Source: Rhodobiaceae bacterium
GTDB lineage: Bacteria; Pseudomonadota; Alphaproteobacteria; RS24
Length of the DNA: 64,000 bases
Assembly (NCBI GenBank): GCA_018673175.1
Contig: JABHDF010000034.1
Span: 7,931 to 71,930 of the forward strand
Direction of reading: 5' to 3'
Shown here: positions 9,921 to 20,184 of the stretch, piece by piece
Layout of the letters: each line of letters opens with the position of its first letter
Numbering within the stretch: the stretch's first letter is position 1
Made by a program: the position numbers and the translations under genes
The notes under the pieces: generated by a model
The model's database searches: none
Told to the model about the DNA's origin: nothing
What the model saw: only the letters and a program-made list of their open reading frames with translations

Positions 9921-12626
9921 ATGCTCGGTTTTTCTTCGCTGGCGAAACGTTTCTTCGGATCGCTTAATGAGCGCAAGCTGCGTGGCTATATCGCCCGCCT
10001 CGACACTATCAACGCTCTCGAACCCGAGTTTCAAGCGCTAGATGACGCAGAGCTAAAAGCCAAAACAGATGAGTTTAAAGCCCGCCTTGCAAAAGGCGAG
10101 ACGCTGGACGATTTGCTCGAAGAAGCTTTTGCCGCCGTTCGCGAAGCGGCGCGGCGCACCCTTGGCCAACGTCATTATGATATGCAGCTCGTGGGCGGCA
10201 TGGCGTTGCACGATGGCAAAATTTCCGAGATGAAAACCGGCGAAGGCAAAACCCTCGTCGCCACCCTGCCGTGTTATTTGAATGCGCTGACGGGCGAGCC
10301 CGTGCATGTGGTTACGGTCAATGACTATCTGGCCCAGCGCGATGCCAATTGGATGCGCCAAGTGCATGAAGCCATGGGACTGCGGGTTAGCTGCATCACC
10401 CATGAGATGGACGATGACGAGCGCAAACACGCTTATGCCGCCGACATTACCTATGCGACCAATAATGAGCTGGGCTTTGATTACTTGCGCGACAATATGA
10501 AATATTCGCTCGAAGAAATGTCGCAGCGCGGGCATGGCTTTGCCATCGTCGATGAGGTGGATAGCATTCTCATTGATGAAGCGCGCACACCGCTGATTAT
10601 TTCTGGGCCGCTAGAAGACAAGTCCGAACTTTACGTCAGCGTGGATGCTTTCGCGCCAAAATTGACGCCAGAAGACTATGAGCTGGACGAAAAAGCCCGC
10701 CAAGTAAACTTGAGCGAAGCCGGCAACGAGCATATGGAAGAGCTCTTGCGCCAAGCGGGTCTGCTCGAAGAGGATGGCTCGATTTATGATTTACAAAATG
10801 CCACGCTGGTGCATCACGTCACCAATGCGTTGAAAGCCCATATATTGTTTCAAAAAGACCGCGACTATATTGTGCGCGGCACGGGCGAAGCTGGCCAGGT
10901 TATCATCATCGACGAATTTACCGGACGGATGATGGAAGGGCGCCGCTTCTCCGATGGCTTGCACCAAGCCTTGGAAGCCAAAGAAAATGTGGCCATTCAA
11001 CCCGAGAACCAAACGCTGGCTTCGATTACTTTCCAAAACTTTTTCCGCCTCTATGAAACCCTCTCCGGCATGACCGGCACGGCGTTGACCGAGGCCGATG
11101 AATTTATGGATATTTACGGCCTCGATGTCATCGAAGTGCCGACCAATACACCGATTGCGCGCCTCGACGAAGACGATGCAATTTATCGCACGGCCGAAGA
11201 AAAGTTCTCCGCCGTTGCCGAGCTGGTGATGGAGTGCCAAAAAATCGGCCAGCCGGTTTTGGTGGGCACCACCTCGATTGATAAATCGGAAGACCTGTCG
11301 GCTGCGCTGAAAAAACGCAAGATCAAACACAATGTGTTAAACGCGCGCTATCACGAGCAAGAAGCACAAATCATTTCTTTGGCCGGCGTGCCGGGTGCGG
11401 TAACCATTGCCACCAATATGGCCGGCCGGGGCACCGATATTCAGCTTGGCGGCAATGTAGAGATGCGCCTCGCGATAGACCTAGAAGGGCTGGAAGGCGA
11501 CGCGCGCGACAAAAAGAAAGCCGCCATTGAAGCCGAAATTTTGACCCTCAAAGAGCAAGCCATTGCAGCGGGTGGGCTATGCGTCATCGGCACCGAGCGC
11601 CATGAAAGTCGGCGCATTGATAATCAGCTTCGCGGCCGCTCTGGCCGTCAAGGCGACCCGGGTCGCTCGTGCTTTTTCCTCAGCCTCGACGATGACCTGA
11701 TGCGCATTTTCGGCACCGACCGAATGGACGGCATGTTGCAGCGCTTGGGCCTAAAAGACGGCGAAGCGATTGTCCATCCTTGGATTAATAAAGCGCTGGA
11801 GCGCGCGCAGCAAAAAGTAGAAGCGCGCAATTTTGATATCCGCAAAAACATTTTGAAATATGACGATGTGATGAACGACCAACGCAAAGTGGTGTTCGAG
11901 CAGCGCGTCGATTTCATGCAGGCCGAAACCGTCGACGACGAGATTAGCGATATGCGCCACCAACTCATCGATGATTTGGTGGAAGCGCATATTCCGGCCA
12001 AAGCCTATGCCGAGCAATGGGACATGGAAGGCCTCGACGCAGCGATGCGCGAGATATTTGGCCTCGAGCTGCCACTGCAGGACTGGGCTGACGAAGAAGG
12101 CATTGCCGACGAAGAAATCACCACCCGCCTTGTCGATGCAACGGGTCGCCAGATGGCCGCCAAAGCCACTGATTTTGGCCCCGATATGATGCGCCAAGTC
12201 GAAAAATCGATTGTCTTGCAAACGCTCGACCAGCATTGGCGCGAGCATCTCATCACGCTGGAACATTTGCGCCAAATCGTGGGGCTGCGGGGTTTTGGCC
12301 AACGCGATCCCTTGTCAGAATTTAAGCTTGAGGCGTTCACTTTATTCTCAGATTTGCTATCTGGCTTGCGCCGAGACGTGGTGCGCTTTTTGGCCCATGT
12401 GCAATTGGAAACCCGACCTCCGGTTCTGGAAACGCCTGAACTGGCTCGCCCAAGCCCCGCGCTTGAAGGCGCGGCGTCTGCGCCGCTAGCGTCAGGGTCA
12501 GGGTCAGGGCCAGCGTCAGGGTCAGGATCAGAGGCCGGCGTCGACTTCAACAAAGTCGGGCGCAACCAAGCCTGCCCATGTGGCTCCGGCAAAAAGTTCA
12601 AACATTGCCACGGGGCGGTTCAGTAA
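9921..12626 (+). CDS. secA: preprotein translocase ATPase SecA
   Basis: [43 protein letters not shown]-terminal [19 protein letters not shown]. Confidence 0.99.
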   Translation: MLGFSSLAKRFFGSLNERKLRGYIARLDTINALEPEFQALDDAELKAKTDEFKARLAKGETLDDLLEEAFAAVREAARRTLGQRHYDMQLVGGMALHDGKISEMKTGEGKTLVATLPCYLNALTGEPVHVVTVNDYLAQRDANWMRQVHEAMGLRVSCITHEMDDDERKHAYAADITYATNNELGFDYLRDNMKYSLEEMSQRGHGFAIVDEVDSILIDEARTPLIISGPLEDKSELYVSVDAFAPKLTPEDYELDEKARQVNLSEAGNEHMEELLRQAGLLEEDGSIYDLQNATLVHHVTNALKAHILFQKDRDYIVRGTGEAGQVIIIDEFTGRMMEGRRFSDGLHQALEAKENVAIQPENQTLASITFQNFFRLYETLSGMTGTALTEADEFMDIYGLDVIEVPTNTPIARLDEDDAIYRTAEEKFSAVAELVMECQKIGQPVLVGTTSIDKSEDLSAALKKRKIKHNVLNARYHEQEAQIISLAGVPGAVTIATNMAGRGTDIQLGGNVEMRLAIDLEGLEGDARDKKKAAIEAEILTLKEQAIAAGGLCVIGTERHESRRIDNQLRGRSGRQGDPGRSCFFLSLDDDLMRIFGTDRMDGMLQRLGLKDGEAIVHPWINKALERAQQKVEARNFDIRKNILKYDDVMNDQRKVVFEQRVDFMQAETVDDEISDMRHQLIDDLVEAHIPAKAYAEQWDMEGLDAAMREIFGLELPLQDWADEEGIADEEITTRLVDATGRQMAAKATDFGPDMMRQVEKSIVLQTLDQHWREHLITLEHLRQIVGLRGFGQRDPLSEFKLEAFTLFSDLLSGLRRDVVRFLAHVQLETRPPVLETPELARPSPALEGAASAPLASGSGSGPASGSGSEAGVDFNKVGRNQACPCGSGKKFKHCHGAVQ
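12489..12533 (+). repeat. in-frame TCAGGG hexamer repeats encoding an SG linker in the SecA tail
   Basis: gcg tcaggg tcaggg tcaggg ccagcg tcaggg tcagga tcagag = [15 protein letters not shown]. Confidence 0.85.
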
Positions 12627-12645
12627 TCAGCCCCTCCGCTTTGGT

Positions 12646-13524
12646 CTATTTGGAAAGCGCTTGGATGGCCTTCTCCAAACCCGCCTCCACGCCTGCCTTC
12701 CATTCAGCGTCATCCCTACACTCGGGTGATGTCGGGAACATAATCGCTCTAGAGGAGCTGATAACGCCCCCCATATAGGTCTCGCTCGTTGCCTCGAAAG
12801 CGCTCAACGCCGCTTGCGCAGACGCCCCTTGCGCGCCGAAACCCGGAACCAAAAACAGCGCTTTTGGCAGTATTTGTCTAATCCGCACGGCTTCTTCAGG
12901 ATAAGTGGCCCCAACGACAACACCGAGCGAGGACCAACCAGATTTACCGACCAAGGCTTCACATGGGCCTTGCAGGCGGGTGGCAATCTCTTCGTATAAA
13001 GCCGCGTCTTTTTTTAGCGCCAAATCTTGAAAGTCTTTGGCGCCAGGGTTGCTGGTTTTCACCAAAATAAAAACGCCTTTGCCGTTTGCTTGGCAGGCCT
13101 CAAGGAAGGGAGAAAGACTGTCCATGCCCAAATAGGGGTTGAGGGTGATGGCATCAAAGGGGGTGTCGCGCGACAAATAGGCTTGGGCATAGGCCTGTGC
13201 CGTGGAACCAATATCGCTTCTTTTGGCGTCAAGAATAACCAATAAGCCTTGTTGGCGCGCATACTCAGAAACGTCGAATAATAGCTGCATGCCTTTAGGC
13301 CCGAGCTGCTCAAAAAAGGCAGCTTGGGGTTTAACGGCAGGTATTTTTTTGGCAATTAAATCAATATAAGAAATTAAAAATTGTTCGATAGATTTCACTC
13401 TGTCGGTTTTCTCCCGCACAAACTGAGGCAGCAAAGTAAGATGGGGGTCGAGCCCCAAGCAAAGCGGATTGCCTGTTTTACGGGTCTGCGCGGTCAGCCT
13501 ATCGGCAAAGTTGGTGTCATCCAT
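12646..13524 (-). CDS. pyrF: orotidine-5'-phosphate decarboxylase, subfamily 2
   Basis: LCLGLDP, KPQAAFFE, LDAKRSDIGST...YA, NPYLG, VKTSNPG, VVGAT, LVPGFGAQG, SSRAI. Confidence 0.93.
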   Translation of the reverse strand: MDDTNFADRLTAQTRKTGNPLCLGLDPHLTLLPQFVREKTDRVKSIEQFLISYIDLIAKKIPAVKPQAAFFEQLGPKGMQLLFDVSEYARQQGLLVILDAKRSDIGSTAQAYAQAYLSRDTPFDAITLNPYLGMDSLSPFLEACQANGKGVFILVKTSNPGAKDFQDLALKKDAALYEEIATRLQGPCEALVGKSGWSSLGVVVGATYPEEAVRIRQILPKALFLVPGFGAQGASAQAALSAFEATSETYMGGVISSSRAIMFPTSPECRDDAEWKAGVEAGLEKAIQALSK

Positions 13525-13687
13525 TCGGGGCCTCTTTTTATTGTTCGCACCAAGATTAACGACAGTTGGATGAGAAATCATTAAAAAGGGGAAGCTATTT
13601 GCCCGCGCCCTCAATTAGGCTTGCCTTTTGCTAGCCACTGATTTTCACTAGAGAGGATGATAGTCGCCCCTCGCTATGGAGAGCCAT

Positions 13688-14857
13688 ATGAGCGTTCAGC
13701 CCTTTACCTTGCCGTCAGATGAAAACCGTTTGGAGTTTATTCGCCAGCGCATTGAGCAGGCGGTGTTTCCGCCGCAATTGGAAATTGGCGCCGATGAAGA
13801 TATCTGGGCCTATGGCAGCGATGTCGATTATATGCGCGAGCTATGCGCCTATTGGCTGAACGATTATAAATGGCAAGACACGCTGGATGAGCTGAACCGC
13901 TTCTCGCATTTCACCGCGGAAGTCGACGGGCTTAACATCCATTTCATTCACGAGGTAGGCTCCGGCGACAATCCCAAAGCGGTGTTGATGACCCATGGCT
14001 GGCCCGGCTCGATTTATGAGTTTCACGATGTCATCGACCGACTGGCCCATCCGGAAAATTACGGCGGCGACGCACAAGATGGCGTCAGTGTTATTTGCCC
14101 TAGCCTGCCTGGCTACGGATTTTCCGACGCCCCCAAACGCCCCATCGGACAAGTCACCACCGCCGCCCTATGGAATAAATTAATGGTCGAGGTTTTGGGT
14201 TTTGACACTTACATCGCCCAAGGCGGCGATTGGGGCTCGGTAGTCACAGCCCTTCTTGGTCTCCACCATAGCCCGCAAAAAGGCGGCGGCTGCAGCGCCA
14301 TTCACATCAATATGTATGGCTTACAAAGTGGCGATGCGCCCAGCACGCCCGAAGAAATAAAATGGGCCGAAGGCTTTGCCGCCAAAATGCAAGCCGAGGG
14401 CGCTTATTTGCAATTGCAAGGCACCAAGCCGCAATCACTGGCTTTGGCGATGAGCGATAGCCCGCTCGGCGTGGCGGCGTGGATTATTGAGAAGTTTCAC
14501 GGCTGGAGCGATATTTTCACGCCCGCGGGTCGCGACCTCACCAAGCGCTATACCAAGCACCAATTGCTCTCGAATATCATGATCTATCTGATGACCGATA
14601 GTTTCGCGACTTCGGTCTGGTTCTATCGTGGCTATTTCGAGGAGATGCCGCATATCGCGCCGGGAGAGAAAATCGAGGTGCTTTGTGGCATCGGCGAATT
14701 TGCGGAACCCTATATCACCTTCCCGCCGCGCTCCCTGATGGAAAACAGCTACAACATCATCCACTGGACGAGCTATGACGAAATCGGTCATTTTGCGGCT
14801 CTCGAAGACAGCGAAAAATTTGCCGCCGAAGTGCAGAGCTTTTTGAAAAAACTTTAA
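13688..14857 (+). CDS. epoxide hydrolase (microsomal/EHN type)
   Basis: HGWPGS oxyanion motif, SLPGYGFS, QGGDWG nucleophile, DSPLG.AAWI.EKF, GHFAALE. Confidence 0.92.
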   Translation: MSVQPFTLPSDENRLEFIRQRIEQAVFPPQLEIGADEDIWAYGSDVDYMRELCAYWLNDYKWQDTLDELNRFSHFTAEVDGLNIHFIHEVGSGDNPKAVLMTHGWPGSIYEFHDVIDRLAHPENYGGDAQDGVSVICPSLPGYGFSDAPKRPIGQVTTAALWNKLMVEVLGFDTYIAQGGDWGSVVTALLGLHHSPQKGGGCSAIHINMYGLQSGDAPSTPEEIKWAEGFAAKMQAEGAYLQLQGTKPQSLALAMSDSPLGVAAWIIEKFHGWSDIFTPAGRDLTKRYTKHQLLSNIMIYLMTDSFATSVWFYRGYFEEMPHIAPGEKIEVLCGIGEFAEPYITFPPRSLMENSYNIIHWTSYDEIGHFAALEDSEKFAAEVQSFLKKL

Positions 14858-15825
14858 ATAATTCCCGTGCGACCCATATCAAGGAATTTCTGACGCCGCG
14901 CGTCGCGCAATTGCTTGGGCGACTGCCCCGCCATTTGCGCCAATTCTTCCGATATAGCCATGCCGACATCGCGCATGGTTTTCTTGCGGTCCCGATGCGC
15001 CCCGCCCACGGGTTCGGGCAGAATACGATCAATGACGCCAAGACCTTGTAAGTTTTGCGCCGTCACTTTTAAGGCATCGGCAGCCAAATTAGCCTGCGCC
15101 GAAGAGCGCCATAAAATCGACGCACAAGCCTCTGGAGACGCCACGGTATAAATCGAATGCTCGAGCATTAAAATACGATTGCCCGTGGCCAAAGCCAAAG
15201 CCCCGCCCGAGCCACCTTCGCCAATAATCAGCGACACGAAAGGCACGCCCAATTGCAGGCATTTATCGGTGCAGCGCGCAATCGCTTCGGATTGGCCGCG
15301 TTCTTCGGCGCCAATGCCGGGATACGCGCCTGCCGTATCGACAAGCGTCACGACGGGTAGATCAAAGCGCTCGGCCAAATCCATCACCCGAATGGCTTTG
15401 CGGTAGCCCTCGGGGCGCGCCATACCAAAATTATGTTTCAAACGCGCATCTGTTGTGGAGCCTTTTTCATGGCCCAAAATCGCCACGCGCTGGCCTTGCC
15501 AACGGCCCAGGCCAGCAATCACCGCATGGTCTTCCGAATACAATCGGTCGCCGGCCAGCGGCACAAAATCTTCCACCAACTCAGCGATATAATCTTTGCA
15601 ATGGGGCCGCGCAGGGTGGCGCGCCACTTGGGTTTTTTGCCATGGGTCGAGATTTTTATAGAGCTTTATAATTTGCTCATGCGCTTTGCCTTCAAGGCGA
15701 TTGATCTCGGCTACCAAATCAATGCCATCATTGTTTCCGGTGCCGCGGTCAACGTCGCGCAGCTCTCGGATTTGCCCTTCGAGGGCGGCAATTGGCTTTT
15801 CAAATTCTAAATAAGATTGGGTCAT
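14854..15825 (-). CDS. accA: acetyl-CoA carboxylase carboxyltransferase alpha subunit
   Basis: YLEFEKPI, QVARHPARP, NFGMARPEGYRKA, DTAGAYPGIGAEERGQ, GEGGSGGALA. Confidence 0.98.
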   Translation of the reverse strand: MTQSYLEFEKPIAALEGQIRELRDVDRGTGNNDGIDLVAEINRLEGKAHEQIIKLYKNLDPWQKTQVARHPARPHCKDYIAELVEDFVPLAGDRLYSEDHAVIAGLGRWQGQRVAILGHEKGSTTDARLKHNFGMARPEGYRKAIRVMDLAERFDLPVVTLVDTAGAYPGIGAEERGQSEAIARCTDKCLQLGVPFVSLIIGEGGSGGALALATGNRILMLEHSIYTVASPEACASILWRSSAQANLAADALKVTAQNLQGLGVIDRILPEPVGGAHRDRKKTMRDVGMAISEELAQMAGQSPKQLRDARRQKFLDMGRTGII

Positions 15826-15851
15826 TTGGTTTCCCTTTTGGAATAGATAAA

Positions 15852-16784
15852 TTATTCCGTTTCCAGCGTGTTTGGCAAGCTTTCGATTTTGGCCAAAGGA
15901 TGGCCTTTCGCCACCAGCTGCCTTTTACGCTCGTCTAAGACATGCGCATATATCTGCGTGGTGGAAATATCTGCATGCCCCAGCATTTGCTGCACGGCGC
16001 GCAAATCGGCGCCGCGCTCCACCAAATGCGTGGCAAACGCGTGGCGCAAAACATGCGGGCTCACCCTTTTTCGGTCGAGCCCGGCAAGCCCTGCCAACCC
16101 ATCCAAAATTTGGCTGAACCTTTGTCGCGTCAGATGGCCAGATTTGCCGCTGGCGGGAAATAAAAACCGTGAGGTTTTTTCCACCTCATTTTGCAGCGCT
16201 TGCCAATCGGCCACCGCCAAGCGGGCGGGTTCGGACAGCGGCACCATGCGGTCGCGCCCGCCTTTGCCGCGCACAATCAGCAAAGGCCCATCCATGGCGG
16301 CGCGCGGCAGGCTTACCAATTCACTCACCCGCAACCCCGTGGCATATAAAACTTCGATAAGACAAATGGCGCGCGCACGTTTGGCCTTTGCCGCCTGGCT
16401 GGCTTGGGGCAGGTTTTGCGCCGCACCGATGAGCGCTTCGGTCTCGGTCAAAGATAATAATTTGGGCAGCGGTCTTTGGGTGCGCGGGCGCTTTAACCCG
16501 TCGGTCGGATTATCTGTGCGTTTTTCTTCTAGCATTAGAAATTTATAAAAATGGCGCAGGCTCGACAAATGTCGCGCCACCGTCGAGGCGGCCATGCCTT
16601 GCTCGTTCAGCCAGCCCATATAGGCGCTTAAATCTTTTTCGGTGGCGCCCGATACATCAGACGAATGTTGGGCTAAAAAACCGGCCAGATTTTCCAAATC
16701 GCGCCCATAAGCGGCTCGCGTGTGGCGACTGGCGCCGCGCTCGGCGCTCATCATATCGAGAAACAGGGCAATGGCCCTATCCAT
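15852..16784 (-). CDS. xerD: site-specific tyrosine recombinase XerD
   Basis: LYATGLRVSEL, GKGGRDRMVP, SPHVLRHAFATHL, VQQMLGHADISTTQIY; typical position upstream of accA. Confidence 0.92.
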   Translation of the reverse strand: MDRAIALFLDMMSAERGASRHTRAAYGRDLENLAGFLAQHSSDVSGATEKDLSAYMGWLNEQGMAASTVARHLSSLRHFYKFLMLEEKRTDNPTDGLKRPRTQRPLPKLLSLTETEALIGAAQNLPQASQAAKAKRARAICLIEVLYATGLRVSELVSLPRAAMDGPLLIVRGKGGRDRMVPLSEPARLAVADWQALQNEVEKTSRFLFPASGKSGHLTRQRFSQILDGLAGLAGLDRKRVSPHVLRHAFATHLVERGADLRAVQQMLGHADISTTQIYAHVLDERKRQLVAKGHPLAKIESLPNTLETE

Positions 16785-19272
16785 TCGGCGGCAACGTGTC
16801 TTCGGGCGCAAATAAAACCGGACGCGGCGCTGGAACGCCGAAAGCTTGCGGCGAAGTTACACTCAGGCGCGCCGAAGCTCGGGTAAACAGCTCACTGGCC
16901 AAATCATCGGCCACCGCCGACAGGCCGATTTGGCGAAACCCTTGCAATAGTAAAACCACGTCTTCGGTTTTTAAGTTTCTGGGTTCCACCTCGCCATAAC
17001 TGGCCACAACGGCGAGCAGAAAATCACCAATCCATTTATTATCCGCCAATTTTTTCAACCGAAGCTGTTCACTCGTCAATTCTGACAAAGCCAAAGCCTC
17101 CAATAAAGCGGCCGGCAACTGGGATCCAAGTCCGTGATAAATCGCCAACTCGCGACGCAAGAACCTGCGAAGAGCGACGTCGGCACTGGCCCATTGCATT
17201 TCAAAACGCGCCCAATCCATATCTGGCGGCAAGCGCGGCTCTGCAGCTGGCTGCGAAGCGAGCTCAGGTAGCGGCTCTAACTCTGGCTCTGAAACCGCGA
17301 CAGGCACAGCTTCCAAAAGCTGAGCATCCTCTCCTATCGGCGTGTCTAAAGGCTGCATGCTGGCCAATAATTGTTCGACAGACGCATCCGCTAAAGCATC
17401 TTCTTGGCCCGGTTCCAATGGCGCTTGGCTGGAGACCAGCGTGGAAACAGTAAGCGGCTCGCCGAGCCGGTCTTGCATCGCTCGCGCCCGGCGCGCCAAA
17501 GCTTCTTCCGCTCGTAAAAGCGCCGCCTCAGACGGGCGCAGGAAAGATAAAACACGCTGCGTAACCAGCCCAACCACTTGCTCACCAGCGAGACTTTCGG
17601 CTTTCGTAAATTGCCCGACATAGCGCAGCGCGGGCAGCAAAACCGCGATATCAGCGTCATTTACGAACTCTGGTTCAAGGGCCACCACAAGCGCCGCCTC
17701 TAGCTGCACGGGGGCAAGTGGCTCGAGCGCCTCATCGGCTATCGGCTCCCCATCCTCGGGGAGGCGAGAGAGCGTATCGTCAAACTGCGATTGGTTTTCA
17801 TCTCGGCCGTCATCTAAGTCTTCAACAATGTCTTCAACAAAGTCATCCCGCGGAATGGAAAGGTCGCGCAATCGGTCGTCCAGCAATATCACCAAATCGC
17901 GCCAGAGACCGCGCGCCGAAGCCTCGCGCAAAGCTTGCGCAATGGTGCGCGCCTGGTCTTTCGGTTGGCTCGCATCTATCGCCAATAGGGTTTGTGCCAA
18001 ATAAATAACGTCTGGCAGAGCCTCAACCATCGGCTCCAGCGGCGCGCCCTCGGCTTCAGGGCTTGCGTCCCCTTGTGCGCTATCGCTGAAATCTTCGCTC
18101 TCGCCCGCGTCGTTTAATGGCTCTTCGGGTGGCGTCGAGCGTACGAAATTGGAAAGGTCGGCCAATTGACTAACTTGCGAGAATTGCTCGGCAGGCATAT
18201 GACCCGCCAAAACCGCGCTATAAGCCACCGACAATTGCAACCTTGCCGCTTGGCTATAATCGCGCCCCAAAGCGCCGCCATAATAAGCTGGCACGGAAGG
18301 CAAATCTTCCGGCAAAGGTTCACCAGCCAATTGCAGCAAAGCAATTTGCAAAGGCGTCAGCTCGCTTGGCAAAACCAGAGGCGGGTCTTCTTTGGCCTTT
18401 TTGGCGGCTGCCGCTTGCTCGCTGGTGCCAAAGGTAAGCGGCACTTGCGCGGCCAATAAAAACGCCATGTCGCGGAATAAAGCATCCGTGCCCATGGTTC
18501 TTTGATTGAGGTCCATGACGAGGCTGACTTTTTCAAATTCTCGCTCGCGCAATTGGCAATAAATGCCAAGCTGTAAGAAAAACCGCAACGTATCGCGCCG
18601 CCCCAAAGTCGAGCGTTGTGGCCGGGTTACCTCACATGCGGCCTCCGGATTGCCGGTTCCCAAATGAGCCAGCACCGTGGCGCGCGCTGCATAAGCATCG
18701 CTCGCAGCCGCGCCTGTAATCGCCTCTAACCCCAAAACCGCTTGTGTGTCCCCAAGCGCCAAAAACCGATTGAGGCGCGCGCCAAACCAGCTAATGCCAT
18801 CCACGGTGCCTACCGGAGCGGCGGCCGTGCCCCGATGGAGGGTGCGTTCTGCGTCCCGCAAAACCGAGGACGTAAAGCGGGTCGGCAGGCGCGCCATTTG
18901 ATCGGCCACAAAAGCCAAACGAGCGCCGCGCCATAGGCCAGGTTCGCCATCTTTTTCAATAGCTTGCCCAAAGCCTGCCTCGAGCCCCACGGGCGCATCT
19001 TGCAACGTGCCCAATTGGCCCACTTGCACGATATCGGCTGCCGAACCCGGGGCTGGTGCCACCGCTCTCACCGAGCGTTTCATTTGTCGGGCGGTGGTGC
19101 GCGGCGCTAGTTTTTCGGATTTTCGGTCGGCCACTCGCGGGGCGCCAATGGCATTTTGCATAACTGGCGGCACAATATTAAGCGGCGCGCGCAACGCAGT
19201 TTGCGCGTGCGCCGCACTCGAGACCAAAAGCCCGGTCATCAAACCGGCTTGAATTAATTTACCAAAAGCCAT
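16777..19272 (-). CDS. large exported hypothetical protein (831 aa) with acidic low-complexity inserts
   Basis: Long ORF, signal peptide ending AAHA, stop overlaps the xerD start; function not recognisable. Confidence 0.85.
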   Translation of the reverse strand: MAFGKLIQAGLMTGLLVSSAAHAQTALRAPLNIVPPVMQNAIGAPRVADRKSEKLAPRTTARQMKRSVRAVAPAPGSAADIVQVGQLGTLQDAPVGLEAGFGQAIEKDGEPGLWRGARLAFVADQMARLPTRFTSSVLRDAERTLHRGTAAAPVGTVDGISWFGARLNRFLALGDTQAVLGLEAITGAAASDAYAARATVLAHLGTGNPEAACEVTRPQRSTLGRRDTLRFFLQLGIYCQLREREFEKVSLVMDLNQRTMGTDALFRDMAFLLAAQVPLTFGTSEQAAAAKKAKEDPPLVLPSELTPLQIALLQLAGEPLPEDLPSVPAYYGGALGRDYSQAARLQLSVAYSAVLAGHMPAEQFSQVSQLADLSNFVRSTPPEEPLNDAGESEDFSDSAQGDASPEAEGAPLEPMVEALPDVIYLAQTLLAIDASQPKDQARTIAQALREASARGLWRDLVILLDDRLRDLSIPRDDFVEDIVEDLDDGRDENQSQFDDTLSRLPEDGEPIADEALEPLAPVQLEAALVVALEPEFVNDADIAVLLPALRYVGQFTKAESLAGEQVVGLVTQRVLSFLRPSEAALLRAEEALARRARAMQDRLGEPLTVSTLVSSQAPLEPGQEDALADASVEQLLASMQPLDTPIGEDAQLLEAVPVAVSEPELEPLPELASQPAAEPRLPPDMDWARFEMQWASADVALRRFLRRELAIYHGLGSQLPAALLEALALSELTSEQLRLKKLADNKWIGDFLLAVVASYGEVEPRNLKTEDVVLLLQGFRQIGLSAVADDLASELFTRASARLSVTSPQAFGVPAPRPVLFAPEDTLPPNG

Positions 19273-19295
19273 TCGACCTAAATTTTCCTGATGCT

Positions 19296-19433
19296 CTATT
19301 GATTAAACCGGTCATTGTCGAGTACATCCACGGCGGTTTCGCGCGGCGGCTCCACCGCGCGCGATAAAAACAACACGCCGCCAACCAACACAGCTAGACT
19401 TAAAATAATAATGACCGTTTGTTTCGATGCCAT
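19296..19433 (-). CDS. 45-aa single-pass membrane protein (below the ORF-track cut-off)
   Basis: MASKQTVIIILSLAVLVGGVLFLSRAVEPPRETAVDVLDNDRFNQ*; GGGAG RBS 7 nt upstream; fills the gap before the 831-aa gene. Confidence 0.8.
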   Translation of the reverse strand: MASKQTVIIILSLAVLVGGVLFLSRAVEPPRETAVDVLDNDRFNQ

Positions 19434-19584
19434 GCTGGGGCTCCCTGATTTCGATTCTAGAGGACTATATCAGCAATAAGGCACAATCGGGGCAGATTTT
19501 CGCGAAACCCTAGACGCTTCGCGTGAATGCGCTTACTCTCTTCTATAGGTGCCGCTTTCCGGCATACCCAGGATGGAGACCCGC

Positions 19585-20142
19585 ATGGCCGATGGGCCCG
19601 TGATCCAATTTGAAAAACCGATTGTGCTGCTGGGCATGATGGGGGCTGGCAAGTCTAGCCTTGGCGTGCGGCTTGGCGAGGCTCTGGGGCTAGCGTTTCG
19701 CGATGCCGATGCGGAAATTGAAAAAGCCGCGCAAATGAGCATTCCTGAGATTTTTGAAAAACATGGCGAGGCCGCCTTTCGCGATGGCGAGCGCCGCGTC
19801 ATTCAGCGCTTGTTAACCGAGGGCCCCCAAGTGCTGGCGCTTGGCGGCGGCGCTTTCGTAAATGACCAGACCCGCGAGCAAATTCTCGCCAAAGCCCATT
19901 CTATTTGGCTCGATGTCGCGCTCGATGAATTAGTCCGCCGCGTACAAAAAAAGCCGGGCAAGCGCCCGCTGCTGGTCGGACAAGACGTGCGCGCCAAATT
20001 AAAGGAGCTACAGGCAGCCCGCGAGCCGCTTTATGCCAAGGCCGATTTAAAGGTAGATGTCGGCGGTGGCACGCATGAAGACGCCTTGGCGCGACTGATA
20101 AAAGCGCTCGAATCCCATCTCGTCACCCCCCAAGACGCGTGA
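19585..20142 (+). CDS. aroK: shikimate kinase
   Basis: GMMGAGKS Walker A, D.D.EIE, GEAAFRDGE, LGGGAF, RPLL. Confidence 0.96.
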   Translation: MADGPVIQFEKPIVLLGMMGAGKSSLGVRLGEALGLAFRDADAEIEKAAQMSIPEIFEKHGEAAFRDGERRVIQRLLTEGPQVLALGGGAFVNDQTREQILAKAHSIWLDVALDELVRRVQKKPGKRPLLVGQDVRAKLKELQAAREPLYAKADLKVDVGGGTHEDALARLIKALESHLVTPQDA

Positions 20143-20184
20143 GGGTGCTGGACAAATGCCCCTCCTTTCTCTAAAGCCAAAATC

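Noticed and set aside
15852-16784. Tyrosine recombinase as a phage or island integrase
   Set aside because: Motifs and position upstream of accA match chromosomal XerD; no att sites or mobile genes nearby.
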